Source: an uncultured Chthonomonadaceae bacterium (GTDB taxonomy: Bacteria > Armatimonadota > Chthonomonadetes > Chthonomonadales > CAJBBX01). Taken from it: 63,590 nt of DNA. The notes beneath the pieces were generated by a model. That model was given only the letters and a program-made list of their open reading frames with translations. It was not told where the DNA came from and ran no database searches. The stretch is from assembly GCA_964396385.1 (NCBI GenBank), contig CAYNFH010000005.1, positions 1-63,590 of the forward strand, written 5' to 3'. Numbering within the stretch: position 1 is the stretch's first letter; every line of letters begins with the position of its first letter. Position numbers and translations under genes: made by a program. This document shows, piece after piece, positions 44,446 through 53,084 of this stretch.

Positions 44446-45792
44446 ATGCAACGATTTCAGGATACCCTTCGGCGCGGCGCGGCGGACGTAGATAAGCTGG
44501 TAGACGAATGCCGCGATGCTGCCCTTCCGTTGACCAGCGACACAGACCTCGACCCTCTGATGGACCGCATCGGCGACTCGCACTACGTGCTGCTCGGCGA
44601 GGCGTCCCACGGCACCTCCGACTACTACACCTGGCGGCTCCGGCTCAGCAAGCGGCTCATCCAGGAGAAGGGATTCTCCTTCATCGCGGTTGAGGGCGAC
44701 TGGCCGGACTGCTACCGCGTCAACCGCTACGTCAAAGGGATGCCGGATTCCGGCGCCAGCGCCTACGACGTGCTCCACGCCTTTGAGCGGTGGCCCACCT
44801 GGATGTGGGCGAACTGGGAGATAGTGGAGCTGGCCGAGTGGCTCCGTCAGCGCAACGACGGCCTGCCCGAGGAGCGGAAGGCCGGCTTCTACGGGCTAGA
44901 CGTCTACAGCCTCTGGGACTCCCTGCACGCGGTGCTGGAGTATCTGAAGGGCGTAGACGGCACCGCCTTGGAGACCGCGAAGAAGGCGTTCGCGTGCTTT
45001 GAGCCCTACTCCCAGGACGTGGTGGACTACGCGCGCGCCACGGTCGGCTTCATGCCCACGAGCTGCGAGCAGCAGGCGGTGGCCATGCTCAGCGCGCTGC
45101 GCCGCGAGATGCCGGATGCCGCGCACGACGGCCGCGAGGCGTACTTTGTAGCCGAGCAGAACGCGCTGGTGGTGAAGAACGCGGAGACCTATTACCGCGC
45201 CATGATCCGCGGCGGCGCGGCCTCCTGGAACGTCCGGGACCACCACATGGTGGAGACGCTGGAGCGGCTCATGCGCTTCCACGGCCAGGAAGCCCGCTGC
45301 ATTGTGTGGGAGCACAACACCCACATCGGGGACGCGCGGTACACGGACATGGCGCGCGCCGGCATGGAGAACGTGGGACAGCTCGTGCGAGAGCGGCGTG
45401 AACGGGACGGCGTGGTGCTGGTCGGATTTTCCTCCCACCGGGGTAGCGTAATCGCCGGTTACGAGTGGGGCGCGCCGATGCGCCGCATGGAGGTGCCTAT
45501 CGCCCGCGACGGAACATGGGAGGACATCCTGCACCGGGCAGGCGGGGAGAACAAGCTCCTGATCTTCGATGAGCGGAACGTCACCCCGGACTGGATGGAG
45601 ACGCGGGGGCACCGCGCCATCGGGGTAGTGTACGACCCGGACTACGAGCGGTTCGGCAACTATGTGCCGACGGTGCTGCCCCGCCGATACGACGCGCTGC
45701 TCTATATCGACCAGAGCGAGGCGCTCCATCCGCTCCACATGCAGGCGCGCCAGGACGCCGAGCCGCCGGAGACCTACCCGTGGGCAGCGTAG
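44446..45792 (+). CDS. erythromycin-esterase-family protein
   Basis: DSHYVLLGEASHGTSDYYTWRLRLSKRLIQEKGFSFIAVEGDWPDCYRVNRYV and WEHNTHIGDARYT. ATG 44446 has GGGGAG upstream. Confidence 0.75.
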   Translation: MQRFQDTLRRGAADVDKLVDECRDAALPLTSDTDLDPLMDRIGDSHYVLLGEASHGTSDYYTWRLRLSKRLIQEKGFSFIAVEGDWPDCYRVNRYVKGMPDSGASAYDVLHAFERWPTWMWANWEIVELAEWLRQRNDGLPEERKAGFYGLDVYSLWDSLHAVLEYLKGVDGTALETAKKAFACFEPYSQDVVDYARATVGFMPTSCEQQAVAMLSALRREMPDAAHDGREAYFVAEQNALVVKNAETYYRAMIRGGAASWNVRDHHMVETLERLMRFHGQEARCIVWEHNTHIGDARYTDMARAGMENVGQLVRERRERDGVVLVGFSSHRGSVIAGYEWGAPMRRMEVPIARDGTWEDILHRAGGENKLLIFDERNVTPDWMETRGHRAIGVVYDPDYERFGNYVPTVLPRRYDALLYIDQSEALHPLHMQARQDAEPPETYPWAA

Positions 45793-45833
45793 CGGAAGGG
45801 TGTTGGCTGAATGAGAACCGATACCCACAACTA

Positions 45834-45922
45834 GTCATTCCGAGCGAAGCGAGGAATCTGCTTTTTCCTGCAGAGTACATACCGGAGCCATAAAGCAGAT
45901 CCCTCACTCCGTTCGGGATGAC
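45834..45922. repeat. 89-bp MITE/REP-like element with ~31-nt imperfect terminal inverted repeats (GTCATTCCGAGCGAAGCGAGGAATCTGCTTT ... AAAGCAGATCCCTCACTCCGTTCGGGATGAC)
   Basis: Read directly. This is a different family from the heptamer elements. It overlaps the last 7 codons and the stop of the GNAT gene. Confidence 0.7.
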
Positions 45923-46701
45923 AACGGGGCTTGCGCTCGCGTATTGTCGCGCGGGTCTCCGCGGTACTTTCTGTGCGGCGTGTACCAGAGGAGCTCGCCT
46001 ATCTGGTAGTAGCCAACGGAAGAATAGAGCTTGGCGCCGGTGTGGCTGGCCGTTAGCACGTTCGCCAACATGCCCGCTTCGCGGTCATCCCGCAACATGC
46101 GCGCGAGGAGCGAGCGCCCGATTCCCCGGCGGCGGTACTCCGGCTTCACGTACATGCTGGAGCACCAGGCGCCGCCGCACACGGGGATGCTCTGCACCCA
46201 GCCCACCGGCACCTCCCCGTCCACCGCCATGTACTGCCGCAGCAGTGGCGGCTCCGCGTTCAGGCGCTCTGGAGAGATGGGCCCGCTTCGCTGCGCCTTC
46301 GCTAAACGGTCGGCCTGCTTCGGCGTGGTAACCCGCTCTACCGGCAGCGACTCCGGGACCCGCGGAACAGCCGTCAGGGAATGGACCATCATCGGCTCCG
46401 TGGTCCCCAGGCGGTAGCCCAGGTCCTTGAACCCGGCTCGGATTGAGCTATCCGGCTCGCCTGCGGCACGGATGAAGGAGATGGAGTACCGGCCGCGGGC
46501 GTGCCGGCGGACGATGGCGTCCACGTCGGCCGGAGGGATGCCGTGGGCCACATACTCCTCGCCGCGGTAGTCCCCGCTTTTGCGCGGCGCGTCGCGTAAC
46601 GCCCACAGCTCTTCCACACGCTCCACCTGGTACGGGTGCGTGCGGCTCCGTTGAAACGCAAAGCCCCGAACAAAAACCTCGATGGCATCCTCAAGGTTCA
46701 T
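45904..46701 (-). CDS. GNAT-family N-acetyltransferase
   Basis: VKPEYRRRGIGRSLLARMLRDDREAG (motif A, Q/RxxGxG/A). The ATG overlaps the GH42 stop (ATGA). Confidence 0.75.
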   Translation of the reverse strand: MNLEDAIEVFVRGFAFQRSRTHPYQVERVEELWALRDAPRKSGDYRGEEYVAHGIPPADVDAIVRRHARGRYSISFIRAAGEPDSSIRAGFKDLGYRLGTTEPMMVHSLTAVPRVPESLPVERVTTPKQADRLAKAQRSGPISPERLNAEPPLLRQYMAVDGEVPVGWVQSIPVCGGAWCSSMYVKPEYRRRGIGRSLLARMLRDDREAGMLANVLTASHTGAKLYSSVGYYQIGELLWYTPHRKYRGDPRDNTRAQAPLSSRTE

Positions 46702-48836
46702 TCCGCTGCGCCGCCCTCCGTCAGCACCGTGCCTCCGTACGGATGCAGGGTTACGCTGCCGGCCACCGGCGCGCAGGTCAGCGCGTCGGAGAAGGCGACC
46801 GTGCCCAGGTCTACCGTCGCCTCCTCCGGCGTAAAGTTCAGCAGGAATAGCCAGGAGCGGCCGTCTTCGGCCACCCGCCGCTGTGCGGAGACGCCCTCTG
46901 GCAGCACGGCGGGCGCGGCGCGCCTCAGCGCCAGCTCCCGCGCCAGGGCGCCCAGGAAGTCATCACAGAAGCGCGCGTCATTGCGGGACGCGACGTAGTA
47001 GGCGCGGCCCATTGCGGTCTCCTTCACCGTAAGCGCCGGCTGCCCTGCGTAGTAGTCCTGCCCGTACGTGGCAAGGACCCGCGCGCCGGTGCTGACGGGT
47101 GACGGTTGACGGTTGACGGACCCTGATCCGTCCGTCCTCCGTCCTCCGTCCTCCATCGTATCCGCATGAACCACATCGCAATACTGCCTGGCCACATATA
47201 CTCCGCGCAGGCCCAGCACCTCGCCCTCGGGAGTGGGCAGCACCGTCTGCCGCTGGTGGTCATGGAGCACGTCCGTCTCCTCCGCCCAGACTCCCAGAAC
47301 GGGCCGCAGGGGACCGGGAAAGCCTCCCAAGAAGCAGAGGTCGTGCTCGTCCACGATTCCGGTCAGATAGGTGGCGACGAAGATGCCACCGCGCTCCACG
47401 AAGGCGCCGATGCGCTCGGCGGCGCCCGGGCGCAGCATGTAGAGCATGGGCGCGACCAGCAGCCGGTACCCGGAGAGCTCCACCGTGGAATCGATCACGT
47501 CCACAGGAATGCCGCGCCGCCAGAAGGGGCGGTAGTGCGCCTCGCACGTGGCGCGATACGCCTTGTCGTTGTTGCGCGGCCCCTTAGCCTGCTGGATGCC
47601 CCACGCGTTCTCCCAGTCGTAGATGAGCGCGACCTCCGCCTCCACGCGCGATCCAACCGCCGACTCCAGGCGCTCCAAGTCCGCGCCCAGCTCGGCCACC
47701 TCTCGGAAGATGCGGTTGTGCTCATGCCCCACGTGGTCCACAATCGCCCCGTGGAACTTCTCGCTCCCGCCCCGCCCCTTCCGCCACTGGAAATAGAGCA
47801 CGCCGTCGGAGCCGTGCGCCACTGCCTGCAGGCCGTTGATGCGGTTCAGGCCCGGCCGCCGGGGCCGGCTCACGCCGTGCCAGTTTGTGACGCTGGGGGT
47901 GGTCTCCATCAGCAGCCACGGCTTCCCGCCTTTTAGCGCCCGGTTGATGTCGTGCACAAAGGCCACGCCGCACGCCACGTCCACGTCGCTCTGCTCGCCG
48001 TGCCACCCGGGATAGCTGTCCCAGCACACTACGTCCAGCGGCTTCGCCAGGCGCCAGTAGTCATACGCGTCGTAGGTGCCCATGAGGTTGGTGGTCACCG
48101 GCACATGGGGTGAGTGGCGGCGGAGCGGCGCGATCTCGTTCTCCAGGAAGGTTATGCACTGGTCGGTCATGAACCGCTTCCAGTCCAGCTCCATGCCGTG
48201 CACGTTCTGGTCAACGGCGGTGATCTGATCCCATGCGGTGATAGTGTGGCTCCAGAAGGCGGACCACCAGGCACGGTTCAACGCGTCCAGGTCGCCGGAA
48301 TACCGCTGGCGCAGCCAATCGCGAAAGGCCGCCATGCAGAGGTCGCAGTAGCAGTAGCCGCCGTACTCGTTGGAGACGTGCCAGAGCTGGAGCGCGGGGT
48401 GCTTGCCGTACCGCTCGGCGAGGCGCTCGTTGACGGCGCGGACCTTCTCACGATAGACGGGCGAGGTGAGGCAGTGGTTGTGCCGGCCGCCGTGCGGATC
48501 CCGCAGGCCGTTGGGCTGCACGCGCCGCACCTCCGGGTACTTGAGAGACATCCAGGCCGGTTTAGAGCCGGAGGGCGTAGCCAGGTTTACCCGCACTCCG
48601 TTTGTATGCAGCCGCTCCATGGTCTGGTCCAGCCAGTCGAAGGTGTACCGGCCCTCCTCGGGCTCCAGGGCTGCCCAGGCGAAGATGCCGAGGCTCACGC
48701 TGTTGACGTGAGCGAGCCGCATGAGCCGGAGGTCCTCCTCCAGCACGTCCGGCCTATCGAGCCACTGGTCCGGGTTATAGTCCGCCCCGTAGAGCAAGTG
48801 CAGGAAGAGGGGCTTGTCGCTATTGCCTGTAGCCAA
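46698..48836 (-). CDS. GH42 beta-galactosidase carrying an in-frame repeat insertion
   Basis: YGADYNPDQW and HVSNEYGGYCYCDLCMAAFRDWL (GH42 Cys cluster). TTG start with GGAGGA 6 nt upstream. The residues MEDGGRRTDGSGSVNRQPSPVS are encoded by repeat 47094..47157. Confidence 0.85.
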   Translation of the reverse strand: MATGNSDKPLFLHLLYGADYNPDQWLDRPDVLEEDLRLMRLAHVNSVSLGIFAWAALEPEEGRYTFDWLDQTMERLHTNGVRVNLATPSGSKPAWMSLKYPEVRRVQPNGLRDPHGGRHNHCLTSPVYREKVRAVNERLAERYGKHPALQLWHVSNEYGGYCYCDLCMAAFRDWLRQRYSGDLDALNRAWWSAFWSHTITAWDQITAVDQNVHGMELDWKRFMTDQCITFLENEIAPLRRHSPHVPVTTNLMGTYDAYDYWRLAKPLDVVCWDSYPGWHGEQSDVDVACGVAFVHDINRALKGGKPWLLMETTPSVTNWHGVSRPRRPGLNRINGLQAVAHGSDGVLYFQWRKGRGGSEKFHGAIVDHVGHEHNRIFREVAELGADLERLESAVGSRVEAEVALIYDWENAWGIQQAKGPRNNDKAYRATCEAHYRPFWRRGIPVDVIDSTVELSGYRLLVAPMLYMLRPGAAERIGAFVERGGIFVATYLTGIVDEHDLCFLGGFPGPLRPVLGVWAEETDVLHDHQRQTVLPTPEGEVLGLRGVYVARQYCDVVHADTMEDGGRRTDGSGSVNRQPSPVSTGARVLATYGQDYYAGQPALTVKETAMGRAYYVASRNDARFCDDFLGALARELALRRAAPAVLPEGVSAQRRVAEDGRSWLFLLNFTPEEATVDLGTVAFSDALTCAPVAGSVTLHPYGGTVLTEGGAAE
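47094..47157. repeat. GACGGNN x4 / CCCTGA / NNCCGTC x4 palindromic element located inside a coding sequence
   Basis: GACGGGT GACGGTT GACGGTT GACGGA CCCTGA TCCGTC CGTCCTC CGTCCTC CGTCCTC. GACGG pairs with CCGTC in every unit. Confidence 0.8.
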
Positions 48837-48848
48837 TTACGTCCTCCA

Positions 48849-49268
48849 TCAGAATTCGAGCGTGGAGACACCGCCCGGCCCATCGTAGTGGAGTCTACCG
48901 GCGTTTAGGATATCGCGCCCAATGAGGTAATCAAAGCCGCCGAAATCGTGCACCGCAGCAGGGACAACGAGGAACTCAACCACTAGATTGGGAAGCTCAA
49001 CACTTATCTGGTAGAGGTAAGCTGTGGAGCCAATGGTCGTTATCGTGGTAACAGGTCGGGCACCAACCGGGCTCAAGCTGAGCCGCCCCGGTAGCGAGGC
49101 AGACAGAACCGAGTTGGAAGCGCCCGTGTCGACCAATCCCGCCACGGCGATGGGAGGCGGAACGCTCGTGCCACTGTGCTGAAGCTGCTGAGCAAGGAGC
49201 GCGGAGGGGCCAATGCGAACCTCAATGAGCGCTCCGCGCTGCGTGATTGGCCGGGAAACCGCGGCCAT
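48849..49268 (-). CDS. retropepsin-like (clan AA) aspartic protease
   Basis: GLVDTGASNSVL (D-T/S-G active site) and C-terminal YLIGRDIL flap/dimer motif. 139 aa. It looks noticeably less GC-rich than its neighbours by eye. Confidence 0.7.
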   Translation of the reverse strand: MAAVSRPITQRGALIEVRIGPSALLAQQLQHSGTSVPPPIAVAGLVDTGASNSVLSASLPGRLSLSPVGARPVTTITTIGSTAYLYQISVELPNLVVEFLVVPAAVHDFGGFDYLIGRDILNAGRLHYDGPGGVSTLEF

Positions 49269-49271
49269 GCG

Positions 49272-49532
49272 CTATGAGCCCAAAGGAGACGGAATGCTGA
49301 TCGGCTCACCATCCGGCCGGAACTCGTGGACAAGGAAAGGCGCGTTTAGATACCGGCGTGTACCTTCCTCAACGGCTGCGCGCTCGCTGGTATACGTGCC
49401 AATTATGTTGGTCCCCTTGATAAGCACGTACTGACGGGGAGCCGTCCTCAAGAGCTCGTCCAGCGAACGAGCGAGCGTTCTAAGCTCCTGGCTCAAGACT
49501 TCCTCGGTCGTCGCGGCCGACTTTGCACTCAT
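49272..49532 (-). CDS. small hypothetical protein (86 aa) translationally linked to the retropepsin-like gene
   Basis: ATG 49532 has GGAGGCGAGAGGG upstream. The upstream 113 codons of the track ORF look non-coding (R/W/C-rich). 3-nt gap to the protease gene. Confidence 0.5.
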   Translation of the reverse strand: MSAKSAATTEEVLSQELRTLARSLDELLRTAPRQYVLIKGTNIIGTYTSERAAVEEGTRRYLNAPFLVHEFRPDGEPISIPSPLGS

Positions 49533-49867
49533 CCCTCTCGCCTCCAGTGATTCACTTCTTGAGCAATTCTGTATCCGGCGTGTCATCTCCTGGATTCCGC
49601 ACGTGCCGTTCAGTCGCCCCAGCGGCACTTGGCTCCAACCAAGCCCCCTTTGTCGGAGGACGAGAGCAGGATTCCGCGCGAGGTTGCCTCCACCGTGTCT
49701 CGGGACAAGGGGGTGGGCGGCCAGGGTCTTCTCCGCGCTGTGGGGCTCGACCGCGTAGTGCGGCCGGATGCCCGACCGCATCATCCAGTTGCAGTCGGTG
49801 AATTTCATATCAACTCTCAGTATGGACCAACTGAGGCGCTGGACCGGCAGTCTATTCAGCCGCGGGG

Positions 49868-51511
49868 TCACTCCTCACGTATCGTCACCATGGCGCCGGC
49901 GCGAACACTCTCGGCACGTGAGTTCCGCCCGCTTGGCCAGTGGACGGTAACGGTGGCGGAGGTGGCGCTACCAATGCCGACGTGCACACGGGGATCCGAT
50001 GAGGCAAAGAAGGACCCGTCGGCGTGGCAAATGTGTACCTGCTTGCGCCCGCCCGCTTCCACAGTCACGATGGCGCCGTACCCGTCGCGGTTGCTCTTCT
50101 TGCCTGTGAGCCGCACAGAGATGGAATTGCCGGTTGTTGACGTTTCGTTGTGGAGGAGCAGGGGAGGCCCTTCTGCGTCCGCGACAAGCGCATCAACCCG
50201 GCCGTCGTTGTCGAAGTCTCCGGTAGCGAGGCCGCGACCAACTATTGGGCGCAGCAGGTCCGGGCCTGCGCTTGCACTCAGGTCCGTGAACCGCTTCCCG
50301 CCTTCGTTCCGGAAAAGCAGGGTCGGCTCCCGATAGGCGCGGGACGGCTCGTATGCCACGATGTTATCCGCTATGTAACCGTTCGCGAACATGATGTCCA
50401 GGTAGCCGTCATTATCGAAGTCCAGGAGTTTCGCGCCGAACGACAGGTACCTCATGGCCGGCCCCGCTACTCCGTACGCCGGACTCTCATCCAGGAACGT
50501 GTGCTCACCCTGGTTGATAAGCACGAGCTTGTTCTCCAGGCTGAACGTGCCCACGACCATATCCGGGCGGCCGTCGCCATTTATGTCTCCGTAGTCGACG
50601 CCCATCCCACCGTAGGGCTTACCGTTCTCTGTATATGCGGCGCCTGCCTCTTCGCCAATCTCCTTGAACCGGCCGCCGCGGTTCAGGAAGAAGTCGCTCT
50701 TTACCTCGTCATCTGCCAGGTACAGACTCGGGTGCCCGACCCCGTCCGGGTCGAAGAAGACTGCACCGAGCACTTTGCCGGTCGCCGCGTTCAGTCCAAC
50801 CAGGCGGGTGACGTCCCTGAAATGTCCTCCGCCGTCGTTGTGGTAGAGGACCGGGTGTTCGGCATCATATACCGTGGGTGAGCACGCCGTCTCGAAGTCT
50901 TTGACGTGGCAGAGCTGGACAGAATCAGGGCCGAAACGGCAGTAATTGCCGATGAGAAGGTCCAGTTTGCCGTCGTTATCGTAGTCGCCGAAGGCGCAAG
51001 CGCTGCCCCAGGGCTGGGGAGGGATTCCAGCTTCGCGGCTCACGTCGCGAAACGACTTCCCGCGTTCATTGTGGAGTAGAGCACCCCCGCGGTATGCAGA
51101 CAGGTAGATATCTTCATACCCGTCGTTGTCATAGTCTCCCACGGCCACGCCCATCCACCAATTGGTCGGCAGGGAAGCGATTCCCGTCTGGGCAGTCACA
51201 TTCGTGAACTTCCCACGTCCGTCCCCGCGGTAGAGCGCAACGCGTTGAGACATGAGAAGTACGTCCAGGTTGCCATCACTGTCGTAGTCGAGGAAGGCAC
51301 AGCCACCCCCCGGACCCTGCAAAATGTTGATAGGCCGCTTCCCAGGAATGGAGAAGCGGAAAGATATCCCGCACGATGGCACAACGTCCGTGAAACGAGC
51401 CCTGGGTTGGCCTCCCGGCCCGTTTTGCGCGCCTGAGGCCGGCCGGCTGTGGCCGCATCCGGCCAGCGCTCCGGCAGTTAGGAGCACCAGGAGAGTGTTA
51501 TGGGCTGACAC
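49868..51511 (-). CDS. CRTAC1-family lipoprotein (FG-GAP/VCBS + ASPIC/UnbV), cassette 2
   Basis: Lipobox LAGC, repeated DYDSDGNLDVLL / DYDNDGYEDIYL / DYDNDGKLDLLI units, and C-terminal ...FASSDPRVHVGIGSATSATVTVHWPSGRNS. Confidence 0.85.
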   Translation of the reverse strand: MSAHNTLLVLLTAGALAGCGHSRPASGAQNGPGGQPRARFTDVVPSCGISFRFSIPGKRPINILQGPGGGCAFLDYDSDGNLDVLLMSQRVALYRGDGRGKFTNVTAQTGIASLPTNWWMGVAVGDYDNDGYEDIYLSAYRGGALLHNERGKSFRDVSREAGIPPQPWGSACAFGDYDNDGKLDLLIGNYCRFGPDSVQLCHVKDFETACSPTVYDAEHPVLYHNDGGGHFRDVTRLVGLNAATGKVLGAVFFDPDGVGHPSLYLADDEVKSDFFLNRGGRFKEIGEEAGAAYTENGKPYGGMGVDYGDINGDGRPDMVVGTFSLENKLVLINQGEHTFLDESPAYGVAGPAMRYLSFGAKLLDFDNDGYLDIMFANGYIADNIVAYEPSRAYREPTLLFRNEGGKRFTDLSASAGPDLLRPIVGRGLATGDFDNDGRVDALVADAEGPPLLLHNETSTTGNSISVRLTGKKSNRDGYGAIVTVEAGGRKQVHICHADGSFFASSDPRVHVGIGSATSATVTVHWPSGRNSRAESVRAGAMVTIREE

Positions 51512-52733
51512 CGGCCTGTTCGAGGGCGTGGATCTCCCGCCGCGCCGTCTTCACGTCCAGCCCGCGGTCCACCATCTCTTCGTACTGAACCATGGCGTTT
51601 TGCGGGATTCCCTTGCGCAGATACCAGCGGGCGAACTCCAGCCGCAGGTTCGCATCCATGGGGTGCGCATTGATGCGGGCATTGTACTGGCGTACCTTAG
51701 CGGTATCGGCATAGACCTGGTCATGGCGCTTGATAGCTGCCGTGGCGGCAGCCGAGTTGCCCAGCGCGCGGTTCACACGCGCGAGCAGAAAGAGCGTGTC
51801 CGGATTGCCGGGCGCGATGGCGTCCGCTCGCTGAAGATGGACGAGCGCTTCTTTCCACCGGTGCTGGTTCAGGTAAGCTCGCCCCAACAGCATCTCCGCG
51901 GCGGAGTGGTCTCGCCGGCGCAGCTCGCCGGCCCGTTTCAACACGTCGGTGAGCGCCGATCGCGCGGCATCGTAGTCCTGCGGCGATGTCGCGGTCAGGA
52001 ACAGAGCCTCGCCCAGATACAGCTTGCCCTCCAGTACCTGCGGGAACCGCCGGACGATAATTCGCGCGTCAGCCAGGGCGTCGTCCAGCCTCTTTTCGTT
52101 TACTTCCGCCTGATAGAGGCCCACATAGGGCCACGGAGAGTTCGGCATCAGGTCGCGAGCTTTCAGAAAAGATGCTTCGCCCTCTCCCGGTATGCCTTGA
52201 TCCAGCGAAAGGTCCCCCCGCAATGCCCAGGCATTTCCAGACCGGGGATCGATCTTAGTGGCGGTATCGGCGTCGTGCCATGCCATCTCACTGCGATTCG
52301 CATTGCGGCGAAGAGCAGCCCGCTCCATGTAGGCCCGCGCTTCCCTCGGATGTCGCGCGATATAGCTGGAGAGAATAGCATCGGCAGGACGAAATCCACC
52401 GAATTCGTAGATGGCGCGAGCCCACCCGACCCAGTCGGTCAGGCGGTCCGGTTCGAGCTCGGCGGCATGCTGATAGGCCTTTGCGGCGCGCGCCCACTGT
52501 TCGGTGGCGAGGGCACGTGAGCCGAGCTGCTCAAAGATCTCAGCTTCGTTCAGGTGCGTGGGTGCGGCCGCCGCGAGCTCCTCGATGCTGGCGTGTTCGA
52601 TCCAACGCCGGTGTGACCTTACCTGCCAGGCGCGGACAATGCCGGCGCCCGCACAGAGGACCAGAAGAAAGAGGAGAATGAAAAGACGCAGGCGCATGGG
52701 TGACTTCCCGGATATAACGCTCTGAGAGGGCAT
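51498..52733 (-). CDS. TPR-repeat protein, cassette 2
   Basis: TM/signal RLRLFILLFLLVLCAGAGIV followed by TPR-like units. TAGAAT lies 8 nt upstream of ATG 52733, so the mRNA may be leaderless. Alternative start ATG 52697. Confidence 0.7.
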   Translation of the reverse strand: MPSQSVISGKSPMRLRLFILLFLLVLCAGAGIVRAWQVRSHRRWIEHASIEELAAAAPTHLNEAEIFEQLGSRALATEQWARAAKAYQHAAELEPDRLTDWVGWARAIYEFGGFRPADAILSSYIARHPREARAYMERAALRRNANRSEMAWHDADTATKIDPRSGNAWALRGDLSLDQGIPGEGEASFLKARDLMPNSPWPYVGLYQAEVNEKRLDDALADARIIVRRFPQVLEGKLYLGEALFLTATSPQDYDAARSALTDVLKRAGELRRRDHSAAEMLLGRAYLNQHRWKEALVHLQRADAIAPGNPDTLFLLARVNRALGNSAAATAAIKRHDQVYADTAKVRQYNARINAHPMDANLRLEFARWYLRKGIPQNAMVQYEEMVDRGLDVKTARREIHALEQAGVSP

Positions 52734-52756
52734 ATCCGTCTATTCTACGCCAGACG

Positions 52757-52791
52757 GCAAAACGGCCGGCCCGGGAGCGTCCGGACCGGCC
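52757..52791 (-). terminator. Rho-independent terminator after the lipoprotein gene
   Basis: On the minus-strand RNA, GGCCGGUCCGG / loop / CCGGGCCGGCC forms an 11-bp stem with one G.U, followed by GUUUUG. Confidence 0.7.
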
Positions 52792-52813
52792 CAAATCCTG
52801 CGAATACAGAAGC

Positions 52814-53080
52814 CTAGGGACCGCCGGTCTTGCCGGCCTTGGCAGCCGCTTCTCCGACCGGGCCCTGGCCCATCCGCGCCTTAATCATGGCCTTCTGCTG
52901 CGGCGGGATGTTGGGGTTGTTCTCAATCGCCTGGACCTGCGAGTCGCTAGGCTTGTACTTCTTGGACGCGTCGAACTTCACGTCGGTCTGCCCCGTGTCG
53001 TGGCTGCAGCCTGCCACAAAGCACAGGCACCCCAGGATGGTTACCGCAACAATCCCAATACGACCGCACTTCATGTCCAT
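52814..53080 (-). CDS. small lipoprotein
   Basis: Lipobox FVAGC after MDMKCGRIGIVAVTILGCLC. 88 aa. Starts 4 nt after the pseudopilin stop. Confidence 0.55.
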   Translation of the reverse strand: MDMKCGRIGIVAVTILGCLCFVAGCSHDTGQTDVKFDASKKYKPSDSQVQAIENNPNIPPQQKAMIKARMGQGPVGEAAAKAGKTGGP

Positions 53081-53084
53081 GATC

